Positions 8,276-17,304 of a stretch of 25,733 nt of DNA are shown in pieces. Made by a program: the position numbers and the translations under genes. This DNA is from a virus (Duplodnaviria; Caudoviricetes). Where the stretch lies: the IMG/VR virus record IMGVR_UViG_3300037608_000028, positions 1-25,733 of that record. The stretch is one strand, 5' to 3'. Positions within the stretch are counted from its first letter, which is position 1, and each line of letters starts with the position of its first letter. The notes beneath the pieces were generated by a model. It saw nothing but the letters and a program-made list of their open reading frames with translations, did not search any database and had not been told where the DNA came from.

Positions 8276-9190
8276 TTACGAGCCGGTACCATCGGACCCG
8301 ATGATACCCCTCTGGTCGAAGAAGTAGACGAGCAAACGCTGACGGCCCCAGAACTTCGCTGCCAGGGTGCCACCCGCGTCCTGCGAGTCACCGAACTGAG
8401 GACGGATACGGAACTTGAACTTCATGTCGATGAGGGAGGGGTCCTGGATGAACCAGGCGCCGTTGTCCTCCTTGTAGTGCAGAACCCGGTAGTCCCGGAT
8501 CCCGGACATCAGCAACGCGGCGTTGACGTTCCGGTCGATGGTATCCGGTTCGTTGGGGTTCTTGGTCAGCTGGATGGCCCAGTACTCGTCCGAGGGACTG
8601 ATGATCAGACGCCGCAGTTGCAGCGGCATCGGGTCACCCTGGTGGTCGACCTGGGTTCCACCCATCTCCAGAGCCGCCTGGTAGCCGGTCACGGAGAGAG
8701 CCGGGTTCCCGCTGACCTCGTTCGACCACGTCCCGACGCCATTCAGCAGCGCGTGATCGTCATCGATGAGCTTCTCTCCCAGCAGACCCGTGTAGACCGA
8801 CCCCGTGAAGGCGTCGTCCAGCAGGGACGCTGCGAGGTACTCCTGGGTGAGACGAGCAGAGCGCCCGAGCCACTTGGCGTTCTGGTTCGCCCGCCCATAC
8901 TGGTCGTCCTCGATCATCCTTCGCGAGATCATGAACCCAAGGGCCCATTCGTCATCGACGAACGTGTACTTGTTGGACATGACCGGATCAACGAAGGAGA
9001 TCGTTCCGACCTCAGTCTTCCGCACCATGCGACCGAGGCCCGAGATCGCCACCCTTTCCTCCTCTGCCCTGTCGAGGTTCTCGACGGTGAGGAACATACC
9101 ATATTCCTCAGGGAAGGAGTTGTAGCTGTCTCGGAAGTCCTTCCTCAGTCCTGGGCGCAGCAGATGGTTCCATGCGCCACGAACGATCAT
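8276..9190 (-). CDS. Major capsid protein (HK97 fold, Mu gpT-like family)
   Basis: LLRPGL, ALGFMISR.MIEDDQY, LGRSAR.TQE..AA.LL..AFT and terminal RGIIGS.G motifs. 304 aa, strong GC3 bias, AGGAG upstream. Confidence 0.85.
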   Translation of the reverse strand: MIVRGAWNHLLRPGLRKDFRDSYNSFPEEYGMFLTVENLDRAEEERVAISGLGRMVRKTEVGTISFVDPVMSNKYTFVDDEWALGFMISRRMIEDDQYGRANQNAKWLGRSARLTQEYLAASLLDDAFTGSVYTGLLGEKLIDDDHALLNGVGTWSNEVSGNPALSVTGYQAALEMGGTQVDHQGDPMPLQLRRLIISPSDEYWAIQLTKNPNEPDTIDRNVNAALLMSGIRDYRVLHYKEDNGAWFIQDPSLIDMKFKFRIRPQFGDSQDAGGTLAAKFWGRQRLLVYFFDQRGIIGSDGTGS

Positions 9191-9226
9191 GATCCTTCTC
9201 CTTCTGTGTCAGGGTTGTGCATCCCT

Positions 9227-9247
9227 GATCTTTACTGGGTAAATTTC
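9227..9247. promoter_or_regulatory. 21-bp palindromic operator-like site, copy 2 (GATCTTTAC-TGG-GTAAATTTC)
   Basis: Intergenic, upstream of the major capsid gene; near-identical to copy 1 in inverted orientation. Confidence 0.6.
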
Positions 9248-9259
9248 ACCCAGTTAGGA

Positions 9260-9739
9260 TCACGGCTGCTGAATGGCACTCTCGATGAACTTGAAGAACA
9301 CGATGTTCCGATCCGTGTCGATGCCGATGACCTCGACCACAACGTTCGTAGTGTCTGCCTCATCGACAGCGGTCCACTCGTCCAAGCCGGATCCAATGTC
9401 GAGAAGCCCGTACTCCACGTTGATGTTCGCCTCGTCTACGGTCTGGACGACGCCAGATCCGTTCACGAGTGCGGCCATGAACACGTTCGAACGAGATGCC
9501 AGCGCAACCGCGACCATTCCACTCGGGTTGTGCGCGACCCCAGCGGTAACACCCTCCATCGAAACTCCGAGGATGTTGGTTACCGTCGTGCTGAGTGCGT
9601 GCTCATCGAGTTCCTGACTCGCCGTATCCCAAGTGACCGGAGTCCCTCGGGGATAGGTCTGATCGGAACCCGGAGCACGGTCAACACACTCCGGCCACCC
9701 ACCGTTGGGGAACTGAGCCGGCTGCATCCTGAAAGGCAT
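9260..9739 (-). CDS. Capsid decoration/cement-like protein
   Basis: G.PV, ILGV..EG and N.IV.FKF pattern; lies just upstream of the major capsid gene. Start moved to ATG 9739, which follows GGAGG. Confidence 0.55.
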   Translation of the reverse strand: MPFRMQPAQFPNGGWPECVDRAPGSDQTYPRGTPVTWDTASQELDEHALSTTVTNILGVSMEGVTAGVAHNPSGMVAVALASRSNVFMAALVNGSGVVQTVDEANINVEYGLLDIGSGLDEWTAVDEADTTNVVVEVIGIDTDRNIVFFKFIESAIQQP

Positions 9740-9751
9740 GAGTTCCTCCAT

Positions 9752-10306
9752 CTAGCGTGAGATTGTGGTACTGCTTTCGTCGAAGGGAACCGGTCCCTTC
9801 CCACCTTCGGCAGCACGTTCGGCCTCACGCGTATACTCTTGCCGACCCTGCTCCCCCACCTTGTACTTGATCCGATCACTCTGGATCTCGCGGAGTATCT
9901 CGATATCCTCGCGAGTGATGGTCATGAGTACAACGTCACCTACGCGGACACGTCCGTCCGGCGAGGCGTTGAGCCCCTTGGCTCCTTCTCGATAGGTGAA
10001 GCCGTATCCGAGGTTCGAGTAGCGGATGACGTCACCTTCGGTGTCACGAACAAACTTCCCTGCGTATCCCTCGGGCACACTCAGATTGTAGGCGAGAGCG
10101 AGCTTTTCGTTCAGGATTCCTCGGGTGAGAACTTGGGCATAGCGAGCCTTCTTTGTTGCACGCTCACTTGCCCTGATCTCAGCTTCCTCGGGGGTGAGGT
10201 CCTTTCTTGGCTCAGTGGATGTGACCTCGGCGTTCGCCTTCGCATCCTCACGGAGCTTCTTGAGGGCGTCCTCTCCAGCCTTGCGGAGATCAGCTTGATC
10301 GCTCAT
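9752..10306 (-). CDS. Hypothetical head-module protein
   Basis: VPEGY.GKFVR, LGY and VRVGDVVLM resemble proteins often found between scaffold and capsid genes. Likely start is ATG 10306. Confidence 0.55.
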   Translation of the reverse strand: MSDQADLRKAGEDALKKLREDAKANAEVTSTEPRKDLTPEEAEIRASERATKKARYAQVLTRGILNEKLALAYNLSVPEGYAGKFVRDTEGDVIRYSNLGYGFTYREGAKGLNASPDGRVRVGDVVLMTITREDIEILREIQSDRIKYKVGEQGRQEYTREAERAAEGGKGPVPFDESSTTISR

Positions 10307-10308
10307 GG

Positions 10309-11214
10309 CTACCACCGATCCTTTGAGAACCCAGGCTGGACGACGGCGTCCTCAGGGGCGTCCTGAAGGGCGATGTAGTCGGCCTCGGGATCCTTGGAGG
10401 CAGGGAAGTAGACCTTCGCGAGCATCCGCTCTTCCTCACTCAGGACCCGTCTTGCGGGGCCAGGACGAGCGGGGAGAGGGGCGGCACTGGGGCGATGCTG
10501 AGGAATCATGATCGGGGGAGCCTCACGCGTAGGGGGAGCCTCGGGAGCCGGTGCCGGTGCAGACGCCGCAGTCGAGAGGTTGATCCCCTGCTCGGTTGCG
10601 ATTCCGACGGCGGTGTGGTAGATGGTTCGGAGCTGAGATTCCTTCACCGTTGCCGGGTCGAGCTTCTGCTCACGGAGCAGGGCGTCGATATGGGGCTCCA
10701 ACACGGTGAAGTGCTTCAACTCTCCCCGAAGCTTCCCTCTCGTGCCCTCACCCTCCGACCTTGCCGCTCCACGCATGAGGGGCTCGATCATCTTGCCGAG
10801 GTGATCCGTTACCCTCTCTTCGAGAACCTTGAACCGGGGGGCGAGGAAGTCATCCCCGTAGGGTGAGGCATCGTCGGAACGCGCAGGAGTGGGCGCTGCC
10901 GGCTGCGGAGTGGCCTCGGCATGACGCCGATTCAACTCCGTGTTCTGTGCCACGAGTGCCGCTTGCTGCGCTGCGACCAAAGCCTCAACCTCCTCCGGTG
11001 TCTTTCCCTTCAGCAGCGGGTGCTTGAAGTCCACCGCCCCCGGTGCTGCGACGACCTCCAGGCTCTCGTCCGGTGGAGAATCCGCTCCATCCGGGGTCAA
11101 GCTCGATCTCTGGCTCTCTGAGGATTCCTCCCCTGGAGGGGCTTCGACCTCTGAGATACTCTCCAAATCTTCCGAGCCCTGGGGCTTCGGTGGGACCTGC
11201 ACTCTGGCTACCAT
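10309..11214 (-). CDS. Capsid scaffolding protein (putative)
   Basis: Acidic Pro-rich N-terminus, KGKT.EE motif, coiled coil and LSEEER near the C-terminus. Between portal and capsid genes; GAGGAG upstream. Confidence 0.65.
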   Translation of the reverse strand: MVARVQVPPKPQGSEDLESISEVEAPPGEESSESQRSSLTPDGADSPPDESLEVVAAPGAVDFKHPLLKGKTPEEVEALVAAQQAALVAQNTELNRRHAEATPQPAAPTPARSDDASPYGDDFLAPRFKVLEERVTDHLGKMIEPLMRGAARSEGEGTRGKLRGELKHFTVLEPHIDALLREQKLDPATVKESQLRTIYHTAVGIATEQGINLSTAASAPAPAPEAPPTREAPPIMIPQHRPSAAPLPARPGPARRVLSEEERMLAKVYFPASKDPEADYIALQDAPEDAVVQPGFSKDRW

Positions 11215-11458
11215 GTGACTCTCCTCGCGTAGTGGACACGTCCTGGATCAAGCCGAGTATTGACCTAATCCCTTCCAACACATTCCTCTTATCCCAGCAT
11301 CCCTGGGGATCCGCCCCCGACACCATTTCCAGCACCATCGCCTCCGCCTGAAGCTCCAAAAGCCTCAACAAGCTGCTCGACTCCGGTTGGGAGAGCAGCT
11401 TCTTCAGATCCGGCAGGAGTTCCGGGTGAGCTTTCTGCACCGCCTGTAGGTCCAGCAT
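10985..11458 (-). CDS. Small helical post-portal protein overlapping both portal and scaffold genes
   Basis: First ~75 aa are amphipathic-helical and GAGGG lies upstream of the ATG. It is the listed minus-strand ORF covering the 11215-11288 gap. Confidence 0.5.
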   Translation of the reverse strand: MLDLQAVQKAHPELLPDLKKLLSQPESSSLLRLLELQAEAMVLEMVSGADPQGCWDKRNVLEGIRSILGLIQDVSTTRGESHGSQSAGPTEAPGLGRFGEYLRGRSPSRGGILREPEIELDPGWSGFSTGREPGGRRSTGGGGLQAPAAEGKDTGGG

Positions 11459-13325
11459 TTTGAGCCCTCATCTTTTCCAGATCGAGTAGGAAGGAATCGA
11501 CGTCGGGAACCTGGAAGGCATCGAGGAGTCTCCGCATCGCTGCGTTGGCGGATCTCAATGCCATGTCTGCGAACATGATGAATACCTGCGGATCCTGCAT
11601 GAGTCCAGCGACCTGACCTGCACGCTCAAGAACCTTGTCATAGTGCGCGGAGAGGGCGCTGAAGAGCTGGATCCACTTCTGCTGCTCGACGTCCTTGTTC
11701 GTGATGGAGTCGGTGACCGTGAGTTCAACGTAGACCCCACGCCGGACATCTTCCTGAGGCATGGCGAGATAGTGCTCGACATACTTGCCACCCTCACCTC
11801 GGACCAACCAGGAGCGGCCTCGCGAGCCAAACTGCTGATAGTTCGCGAGAACATCCTGACCCAAGAGAGAGAACATCCGCCTCACGTTCTTGAGCACCAT
11901 GTCGAACTTCTTGTTCCCTTCCGCAAGCTTCGACAGGTCGCTCGTTGCAGGAGGAGGAGTTCCAATCTGAGGGCTCCCCAGGATCAGCTCGTTTGCGCCT
12001 GAGCGCTTGTCCGCATAACCTCGGGCGGAGTCCTCGTTCGAGAGCTGAGCAAAGTGCTGGAGGTTCGAGAGATGGAACTCCTTGACATCTGTTTGGGGAT
12101 TGTTGAAGAACCAAATCTTCCCTGGCCAGATTGGCTCATCCTGTGAGTACCCGGACGTCCGAGAGAGCGCAAGCTGACCCATGTTTGCGAGGGTCCCTGC
12201 GTCGAGCCTCTGCCGGTGGATGGCCGTGATGAGGGCCTGGAACTGTTCAAGCTGCTTCCCAATTCCAATCCCTGCCCACCGACCCTCGACCGGGATGTAT
12301 ACTCCAATGCGGTAGGGCCGGTGTGCATCTGCGTACCAGTTGTACCGAGCTGAGAGAACCGTCCGAGACTCCTTGTGGAAGTCTATGACGATTTCCTCGT
12401 CCACTCCATCCTTGTCGACATCGAACGAGAGCCAAAGCTCTTGGAAGTCAAATGTCTCCTTCCATCCGGGTTCGGCGTTTTCCTGCGTTCTCCGGCTCGC
12501 CTCATACTGCACACCCGAAGACTCCGTGCTCGGGGTGTTGCTCCACCACATCCTGATGGATTCGATGGCCTCGGGATACATCCGGCCCGAGAGAGCATGA
12601 CGCTTGAGCTGCGACCAAGTGACGTTGTGATGTTCCTCCCCAACGAGCATCGCGGTTTGAGGATTGTTCTCATGGAGGCGCATGAGGAAGTTGGCGAGCG
12701 GAACATAGTCGAGGGTTGCCCCGTTCCTGACCTCGATCCACTTCCCAACGCTCCCACCCTCCGGGAGGTCGATGTTGACTTTGCGAATGTCCCTCTCGTA
12801 GCCTGACTTCCCGACTGCCGTGCCGAGCTTGATGAGTTCAAGAAGGCTCTCTTGTGCAAAGCGGGGCATATCCAGCGAATTCGGATCATCAACCTCGGTT
12901 TGGAGCCAACTCTCGACGTTTGGGGCTTCGTTGATCCAAGCTGCGATGCGTGGCCGAAGGGAGTAGAAAGGCTTGACTGAGAAGAGGGTCGTGATCAGCC
13001 GGGCAAGCACAGCCTCCACCGCGATTGCCGTCATGGGGATGACGACGTTTGCAGCTTTGCGGAAGGGGAAGTTCTTGACTGTGCTCGCCGGCTTGGCCCA
13101 ATAGTCCTTCTGCCACTGGATCCAATCCTGGACGAGGATGTTCCTCTCGGACCAAACGAGTGAGATCTCGCTGTCGAGGTACTCAGTCAGCCGGCTCTCC
13201 GTCTCCTCGTCCAACGACAACATCCTGGGCCACCGACCCGAGAGTTCATTCTCAAGCCCAGGCGGAGGTCCTGGGATCTTGACATCCCCCTCCCATGCCG
13301 GGTCGCGTAGCAAGGATAGTGTCAT
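11289..13325 (-). CDS. Portal protein (podovirus-type)
   Basis: 678 aa, downstream of terL. Motifs LGTAVGK.GY, FQELW..D.D.DG..E, G.GIG..L...Q..I....RQR.D and IWPGKIW. Low-complexity C-terminal tail. Confidence 0.85.
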   Translation of the reverse strand: MTLSLLRDPAWEGDVKIPGPPPGLENELSGRWPRMLSLDEETESRLTEYLDSEISLVWSERNILVQDWIQWQKDYWAKPASTVKNFPFRKAANVVIPMTAIAVEAVLARLITTLFSVKPFYSLRPRIAAWINEAPNVESWLQTEVDDPNSLDMPRFAQESLLELIKLGTAVGKSGYERDIRKVNIDLPEGGSVGKWIEVRNGATLDYVPLANFLMRLHENNPQTAMLVGEEHHNVTWSQLKRHALSGRMYPEAIESIRMWWSNTPSTESSGVQYEASRRTQENAEPGWKETFDFQELWLSFDVDKDGVDEEIVIDFHKESRTVLSARYNWYADAHRPYRIGVYIPVEGRWAGIGIGKQLEQFQALITAIHRQRLDAGTLANMGQLALSRTSGYSQDEPIWPGKIWFFNNPQTDVKEFHLSNLQHFAQLSNEDSARGYADKRSGANELILGSPQIGTPPPATSDLSKLAEGNKKFDMVLKNVRRMFSLLGQDVLANYQQFGSRGRSWLVRGEGGKYVEHYLAMPQEDVRRGVYVELTVTDSITNKDVEQQKWIQLFSALSAHYDKVLERAGQVAGLMQDPQVFIMFADMALRSANAAMRRLLDAFQVPDVDSFLLDLEKMRAQNAGPTGGAESSPGTPAGSEEAALPTGVEQLVEAFGASGGGDGAGNGVGGGSPGMLG

Positions 13326-13327
13326 GG

Positions 13328-13543
13328 TTAGCTCCTAAGGGGCTCCCCGAACAAGATCACGAACAGGACACGGATGTCATGGACGTGGATCTTCACATTG
13401 ATGAACCACACCTTGACCGTCGTGATGGTGTCGTTCTCGTGATCTCGATACCATGCCCACATCTCGTTTGCGAGGTTCTGCTTCACGAGGGCTGCAACTG
13501 CGCTGAGTGCTCCAGGGATCTTGATGTCATCGACGACGGCCAT
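13328..13543 (-). CDS. Hypothetical protein, 71 aa (MAVVDDIKIPG...)
   Basis: ATG at 13543 follows AGGAGGAG; avoids overlap with the upstream ORF. Confidence 0.55.
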   Translation of the reverse strand: MAVVDDIKIPGALSAVAALVKQNLANEMWAWYRDHENDTITTVKVWFINVKIHVHDIRVLFVILFGEPLRS

Positions 13544-13547
13544 GTGG

Positions 13548-13775
13548 TTACTCCTCCTTTTTCTTCTTTGAAGTGAGCAGGGGGAAGAGCTGAGTTGGCT
13601 CAATCAAACCGGCTCCGATGAGCGCGGCACCTACTCCGAGATATGCATACTCTGGACGAGTGATGGCGAGGACACAACCCCCGATTGCAACGACGAGGCC
13701 CGAGAGGGTTCGGATGAGGCGCTCTCTCTCATACCAGACGTTTTCCTCTTGCTTGCGTTCGGGTTGTTCCTTCAT
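13548..13775 (-). CDS. Small two-TM membrane protein, holin-like
   Basis: Two hydrophobic segments and a highly charged C-terminus (KKKKEE). Confidence 0.5.
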   Translation of the reverse strand: MKEQPERKQEENVWYERERLIRTLSGLVVAIGGCVLAITRPEYAYLGVGAALIGAGLIEPTQLFPLLTSKKKKEE

Positions 13776-14026
13776 GGTCTTGTCCTCTTCTCAACCTCAA
13801 GAATACGAACCCTTTCCTCGATCCCTGCTACCTTTGCCTGAAACCAAGCCGGAGGAAGAACATCAACCCGGCTTGAGATAACTGCAACTTCGGTCTTGAG
13901 TCCCACGATAGAGACACTCACCCAAATCATCCAAGGAAGCATGAGAAGGGTTACAAGTCGACCGAGGAGAATCCAGATGAGATTGAAGCTACCTTGCTCC
14001 ATGTGAAGATCCCCCATCGGCCACAC
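13772..14026 (-). CDS. Small membrane protein with C-terminal coiled coil
   Basis: One TM segment followed by VAGIEERVRILE; GGAGG upstream; start may be ATG 14017. Confidence 0.55.
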   Translation of the reverse strand: MWPMGDLHMEQGSFNLIWILLGRLVTLLMLPWMIWVSVSIVGLKTEVAVISSRVDVLPPAWFQAKVAGIEERVRILEVEKRTRP

Positions 14027-14031
14027 CCTCC

Positions 14032-15702
14032 TTACATCGAGGAATACCCCGTGAGATCATCCCGATCCTCTAGGATCATCCGGGTTGCCTTCTCCATCTC
14101 CTTCGCCTGCTCAATAACCACGGGGGACCAGACCTCAGGACCCTGTGCAAGAGCATCGAGGATATGGTCGGTTTCACCTAGGGGGAACCACTCCCACTCA
14201 TCCCTCAGCTGATGCATCCCCTCAAGGACATAGAGCTGACCACCTGCACCATAGTTCGCGAGCCCCTCGATCCTTGCGGTTTTCGAGCGCTGCGAGCCGG
14301 GTTTGTAGTCATAGATGTTGGGGTAGATGCCGAGTTCACGACACTTCTGGTCGAACCAATACTTGAGCATCGCGGAGAAGGCAACGGACTCAATCGAGAT
14401 CAACCGGGGATTCCACTTCGTATACAGCCGGAACATCTCCTCGATCAGCTCGGGTGGCTTGAGCCTCTTACGATAGGCTTCGAGGACATAGACATTCATC
14501 TTCTTGTCTGTCCCCGTGACAACGATGCCACTCTCGTCGGAGTGTTTGCTCTCACCAACGGAGGGGTCTATGAGGATCACCCGATCCATCTCTGAGGTCC
14601 GAGCCGTCCGGCTCCCCTCACCCTCGAACACGATCAGGCGATCCCCGGTCCCGATGTTATAGTACTTGAGCCACGCCGGGTCGAGCCGTGTCAGTTCCCC
14701 GGAACGTGGGTTGTTCGCATACTGCGCAGCCCAGACCCTCGGATTCCGACGTATCCGGTTGAGGTCACTGAGCGAGAACTCCTCTGGGAAGATGGGGAGG
14801 CCGTCCTCGATTGCACCCCGAGCGTAGACCACCAGCTGCCCTTCGGGGATACGCTCAATCTCAGCCTCACTGTAAACCCGAAGGATCGACTTAGACTTGT
14901 CGATTCCATACATCGAGATTGCATGAGCATATACATCTGTCGCGCTCCATCGAGTTCCCGTGAGGTCCCAGCCATCGACCTTGAGGCGAGTGAGGAGAGA
15001 ATTCACGTTGTCAAACCACATGAGGGTGGTTCGCATGACGGTTTCAGAGTCTCTCGCAGCCTCACCAACTAGGTCATCGAGCTTCAGCCAGTTATAGTGG
15101 CGACCCTGAGCTGCACCACCAACACCGATGGTATCAAACGTTGGTTCGTTGTGGTGCTCGTCCCGAGGAAGCTCCAATTCCCACTTGTTCATCCGCTGAG
15201 TGCGCGGAGATGGGATCATATCCGGGAAGAGGGCCAACATCCAGGGCTTCGAGCGGAAGGCTTGCGTGATGCCGTAGAGGAACCGGCTTGCACTCTCTCG
15301 ATTCTCATGTGCAAGCAGCATTTTCAGGTTCGGCCCAAGGCAATATGGACGCTCAACCACCCCAGCTTCGTTTGGTAAGACCATCTGGATGGAGTCGATG
15401 GTCGTATTCTCGGTGGACTTATAGTGATCTCGGGGGAGGAGGGTCATACGGTAGCGTTGACCCCACATTTTCTTGAGCCAAGCTGCGTAGTGACCGTGGA
15501 GTCCAACGGTGAGGAGGTCGTATTCGAGGATTCCAGCAAGTGCAAGGAGATCTGTCTTGACTCGACGCCTCAAAAGGGAGATTTGGACCCCTGAGAGATC
15601 CCGAAAACGCTGCTCTGCTGCCTTTCGCTTCTCATTGAGAATCTCATCATCGAGAAGAGCACCCCAAGCCTCGTCAGTCGGGCTGAATTGGTTATGCGAC
15701 AT
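14032..15702 (-). CDS. terL: Terminase large subunit
   Basis: Walker A variant PRDHYKST, G.G....GRH, Walker B LKLDDLV, GTRW, nuclease IDPS..D and DHILDAL. Start moved to ATG 15702. Confidence 0.92.
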   Translation of the reverse strand: MSHNQFSPTDEAWGALLDDEILNEKRKAAEQRFRDLSGVQISLLRRRVKTDLLALAGILEYDLLTVGLHGHYAAWLKKMWGQRYRMTLLPRDHYKSTENTTIDSIQMVLPNEAGVVERPYCLGPNLKMLLAHENRESASRFLYGITQAFRSKPWMLALFPDMIPSPRTQRMNKWELELPRDEHHNEPTFDTIGVGGAAQGRHYNWLKLDDLVGEAARDSETVMRTTLMWFDNVNSLLTRLKVDGWDLTGTRWSATDVYAHAISMYGIDKSKSILRVYSEAEIERIPEGQLVVYARGAIEDGLPIFPEEFSLSDLNRIRRNPRVWAAQYANNPRSGELTRLDPAWLKYYNIGTGDRLIVFEGEGSRTARTSEMDRVILIDPSVGESKHSDESGIVVTGTDKKMNVYVLEAYRKRLKPPELIEEMFRLYTKWNPRLISIESVAFSAMLKYWFDQKCRELGIYPNIYDYKPGSQRSKTARIEGLANYGAGGQLYVLEGMHQLRDEWEWFPLGETDHILDALAQGPEVWSPVVIEQAKEMEKATRMILEDRDDLTGYSSM

Positions 15703-16219
15703 CTTCCTCTCCCTCCTCATCCTCGTCCGACTCAACAATCTCCGCCGGCATTAGCTGAGGAACCTCAAAGGGATCGATGTCCTTGGCCTCATCTGCCTTC
15801 CCGAGGGCAGTCATGAGCTTGTTGAACTGGTCTGGAGTCACCTGATAGCCGATTCCAGAGCCTCTATCCTCCGAGCGCAGGAACCCACGGCCCTCCAAAG
15901 TCTTGATTGCGACCCGGTCTTGGTTGGACTTAGCCTTGTGAAAGGGTGAGATGTCCGCTGCGAGGGTCCTTTTGATGACCTTCAGCGCGAGTTTCGATGC
16001 AACGTCAAGTTCTTCCTCGATGGTTTCGATGAGTTTCTCTTGAAACCTGGCCTTCGCAATCTTCTTGATCTCGTTTGCACGAGGATCATTGAAGATCAGC
16101 TGCACATTCCTCTGGGACATCCCAAACTGAGCACCTATCTCAGTCGTGGGAACACCCGTCAGGGCCAGAAGAACGATCTGGTCGTTGCGAGGAGGCCAGG
16201 GAGAAAGGGTGTCGGCCAT
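15692..16219 (-). CDS. Terminase small subunit (putative, N-terminal HTH)
   Basis: G.PTTEIGAQFGMSQRNV..I HTH-like segment, helical middle, acidic tail; immediately upstream of and overlapping terL. Confidence 0.7.
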   Translation of the reverse strand: MADTLSPWPPRNDQIVLLALTGVPTTEIGAQFGMSQRNVQLIFNDPRANEIKKIAKARFQEKLIETIEEELDVASKLALKVIKRTLAADISPFHKAKSNQDRVAIKTLEGRGFLRSEDRGSGIGYQVTPDQFNKLMTALGKADEAKDIDPFEVPQLMPAEIVESDEDEEGEEDVA

Positions 16220-16223
16220 GAGT

Positions 16224-16541
16224 CTAGAGCTTGAACGCCCCGATTGTGAGGGCAGTCACGCCGTCGTAGGTGATTGAGAGGATGTGGGCGAACTCATCCC
16301 GAGGGAAGGGACCGATGAACTTGGTGGTTCCAGCGCTCACAGTCACGGCAACGCTGTGGGTGAAGCCTTGGTTACACGCGATGCTCCGAGCAATGGTGAC
16401 GATCCATGCACCGGAGTGGGCATTGTTCACTCGGAGGGCAGTGAGTCCATCATTTGGGACGGTGTCTCCACCGGCTGCTGCGGCAGCTGAGGTGATATCT
16501 GCGCCGGTTAGGGAGACTTGCTGGACAGTCAACACGGCCAT
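16224..16541 (-). CDS. Small beta-rich phage structural protein, 105 aa
   Basis: Ala/Thr/Val-rich with GD..PNDG...L.V.N and IGPFP; GGAG upstream. Confidence 0.6.
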   Translation of the reverse strand: MAVLTVQQVSLTGADITSAAAAAGGDTVPNDGLTALRVNNAHSGAWIVTIARSIACNQGFTHSVAVTVSAGTTKFIGPFPRDEFAHILSITYDGVTALTIGAFKL

Positions 16542-16544
16542 GAC

Positions 16545-16901
16545 TCACTCTCCTCTGCGTGAGTTGATACTAGCGCCAACCCCACCGACTTTATCGTGAT
16601 TGGTTCGAGCGAAGTAGAAGCCAAGGACCAGGAAGATCATTGAAGCGAGCGTCTGTGGCACATCTCGGTCCACACCTTCCCCTACCCACAATGCCTGCAC
16701 AATCATGATATAGACACCAGCACCGACTGACATCAGAGCAATTGCGCTCTGTGTCACTTCCCAAATCAGATTGATTCACCTTTGACCAGCAGTTTTCAAG
16801 GTTGTCTCATCCTGCTGAGCAACAGTATCAGGAACAGGATGATCCGTTTCCAACGACTGTGCTGGAATTTTAACCTGAGCTGGATCCTTAGGCTTTGTCA
16901 T
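16545..16901 (-). pseudogene. Holin-like two-TM membrane protein gene interrupted by one in-frame TGA at 16776-16778 (pseudogene, read-through or sequence error)
   Basis: ATG 16901 overlaps the upstream stop (ATGA). Reads MTKPKD...TAGQR*INLIWEVTQSAIAL...FLVLGFYFARTNH in one frame. Confidence 0.6.
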
Positions 16902-17302
16902 ACTGGCGTCCAGCCACTCGGAACGTTGTTGAACATCTTGAGTGCCGCTGGTGCAGAGTTGAACGTCAGCGTGTAGGCGAACTGGTCCTGTCCTTCAGGG
17001 ATCGTCGGAACCGCCCAAGTCAGCGCCTTCGCGAGCTTGGCCCGAAGTTCCGCCTTGGTCAGCGAGTCGTCGTCGGGGATCTTGTCGAGGTTGGTGGCGA
17101 TGAGTGCAAGGATCGCCGCGTCCTCCACCGTGAACAGTGGAGAGCACCAGACGAAGTGCTCCACGTTCGTCGGCGAGAGCATGATCGGTGGGGCCTGCCC
17201 ATCGGCCATCAGATCCAGCTTCTCGAACACGAACCGGATCACCCGCCGAACGTGGTCGGGCATCGCCAGCAGCGCGCTCTTGCGGATCGCCAGGAATGCC
17301 AT
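16898..17302 (-). CDS. Hypothetical protein, 134 aa (possible fibre-associated/chaperone)
   Basis: Starts 2 nt after the stop of the LamG gene; coding-like GC3 bias. Confidence 0.6.
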   Translation of the reverse strand: MAFLAIRKSALLAMPDHVRRVIRFVFEKLDLMADGQAPPIMLSPTNVEHFVWCSPLFTVEDAAILALIATNLDKIPDDDSLTKAELRAKLAKALTWAVPTIPEGQDQFAYTLTFNSAPAALKMFNNVPSGWTPV

Positions 17303-17304
17303 TC

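Noticed and set aside
8084-9760. 558-aa plus-strand ORF antisense to the capsid genes
   Set aside because: Shadow ORF expected from strong GC3 bias on the opposite strand; no recognisable motifs or ribosome site.
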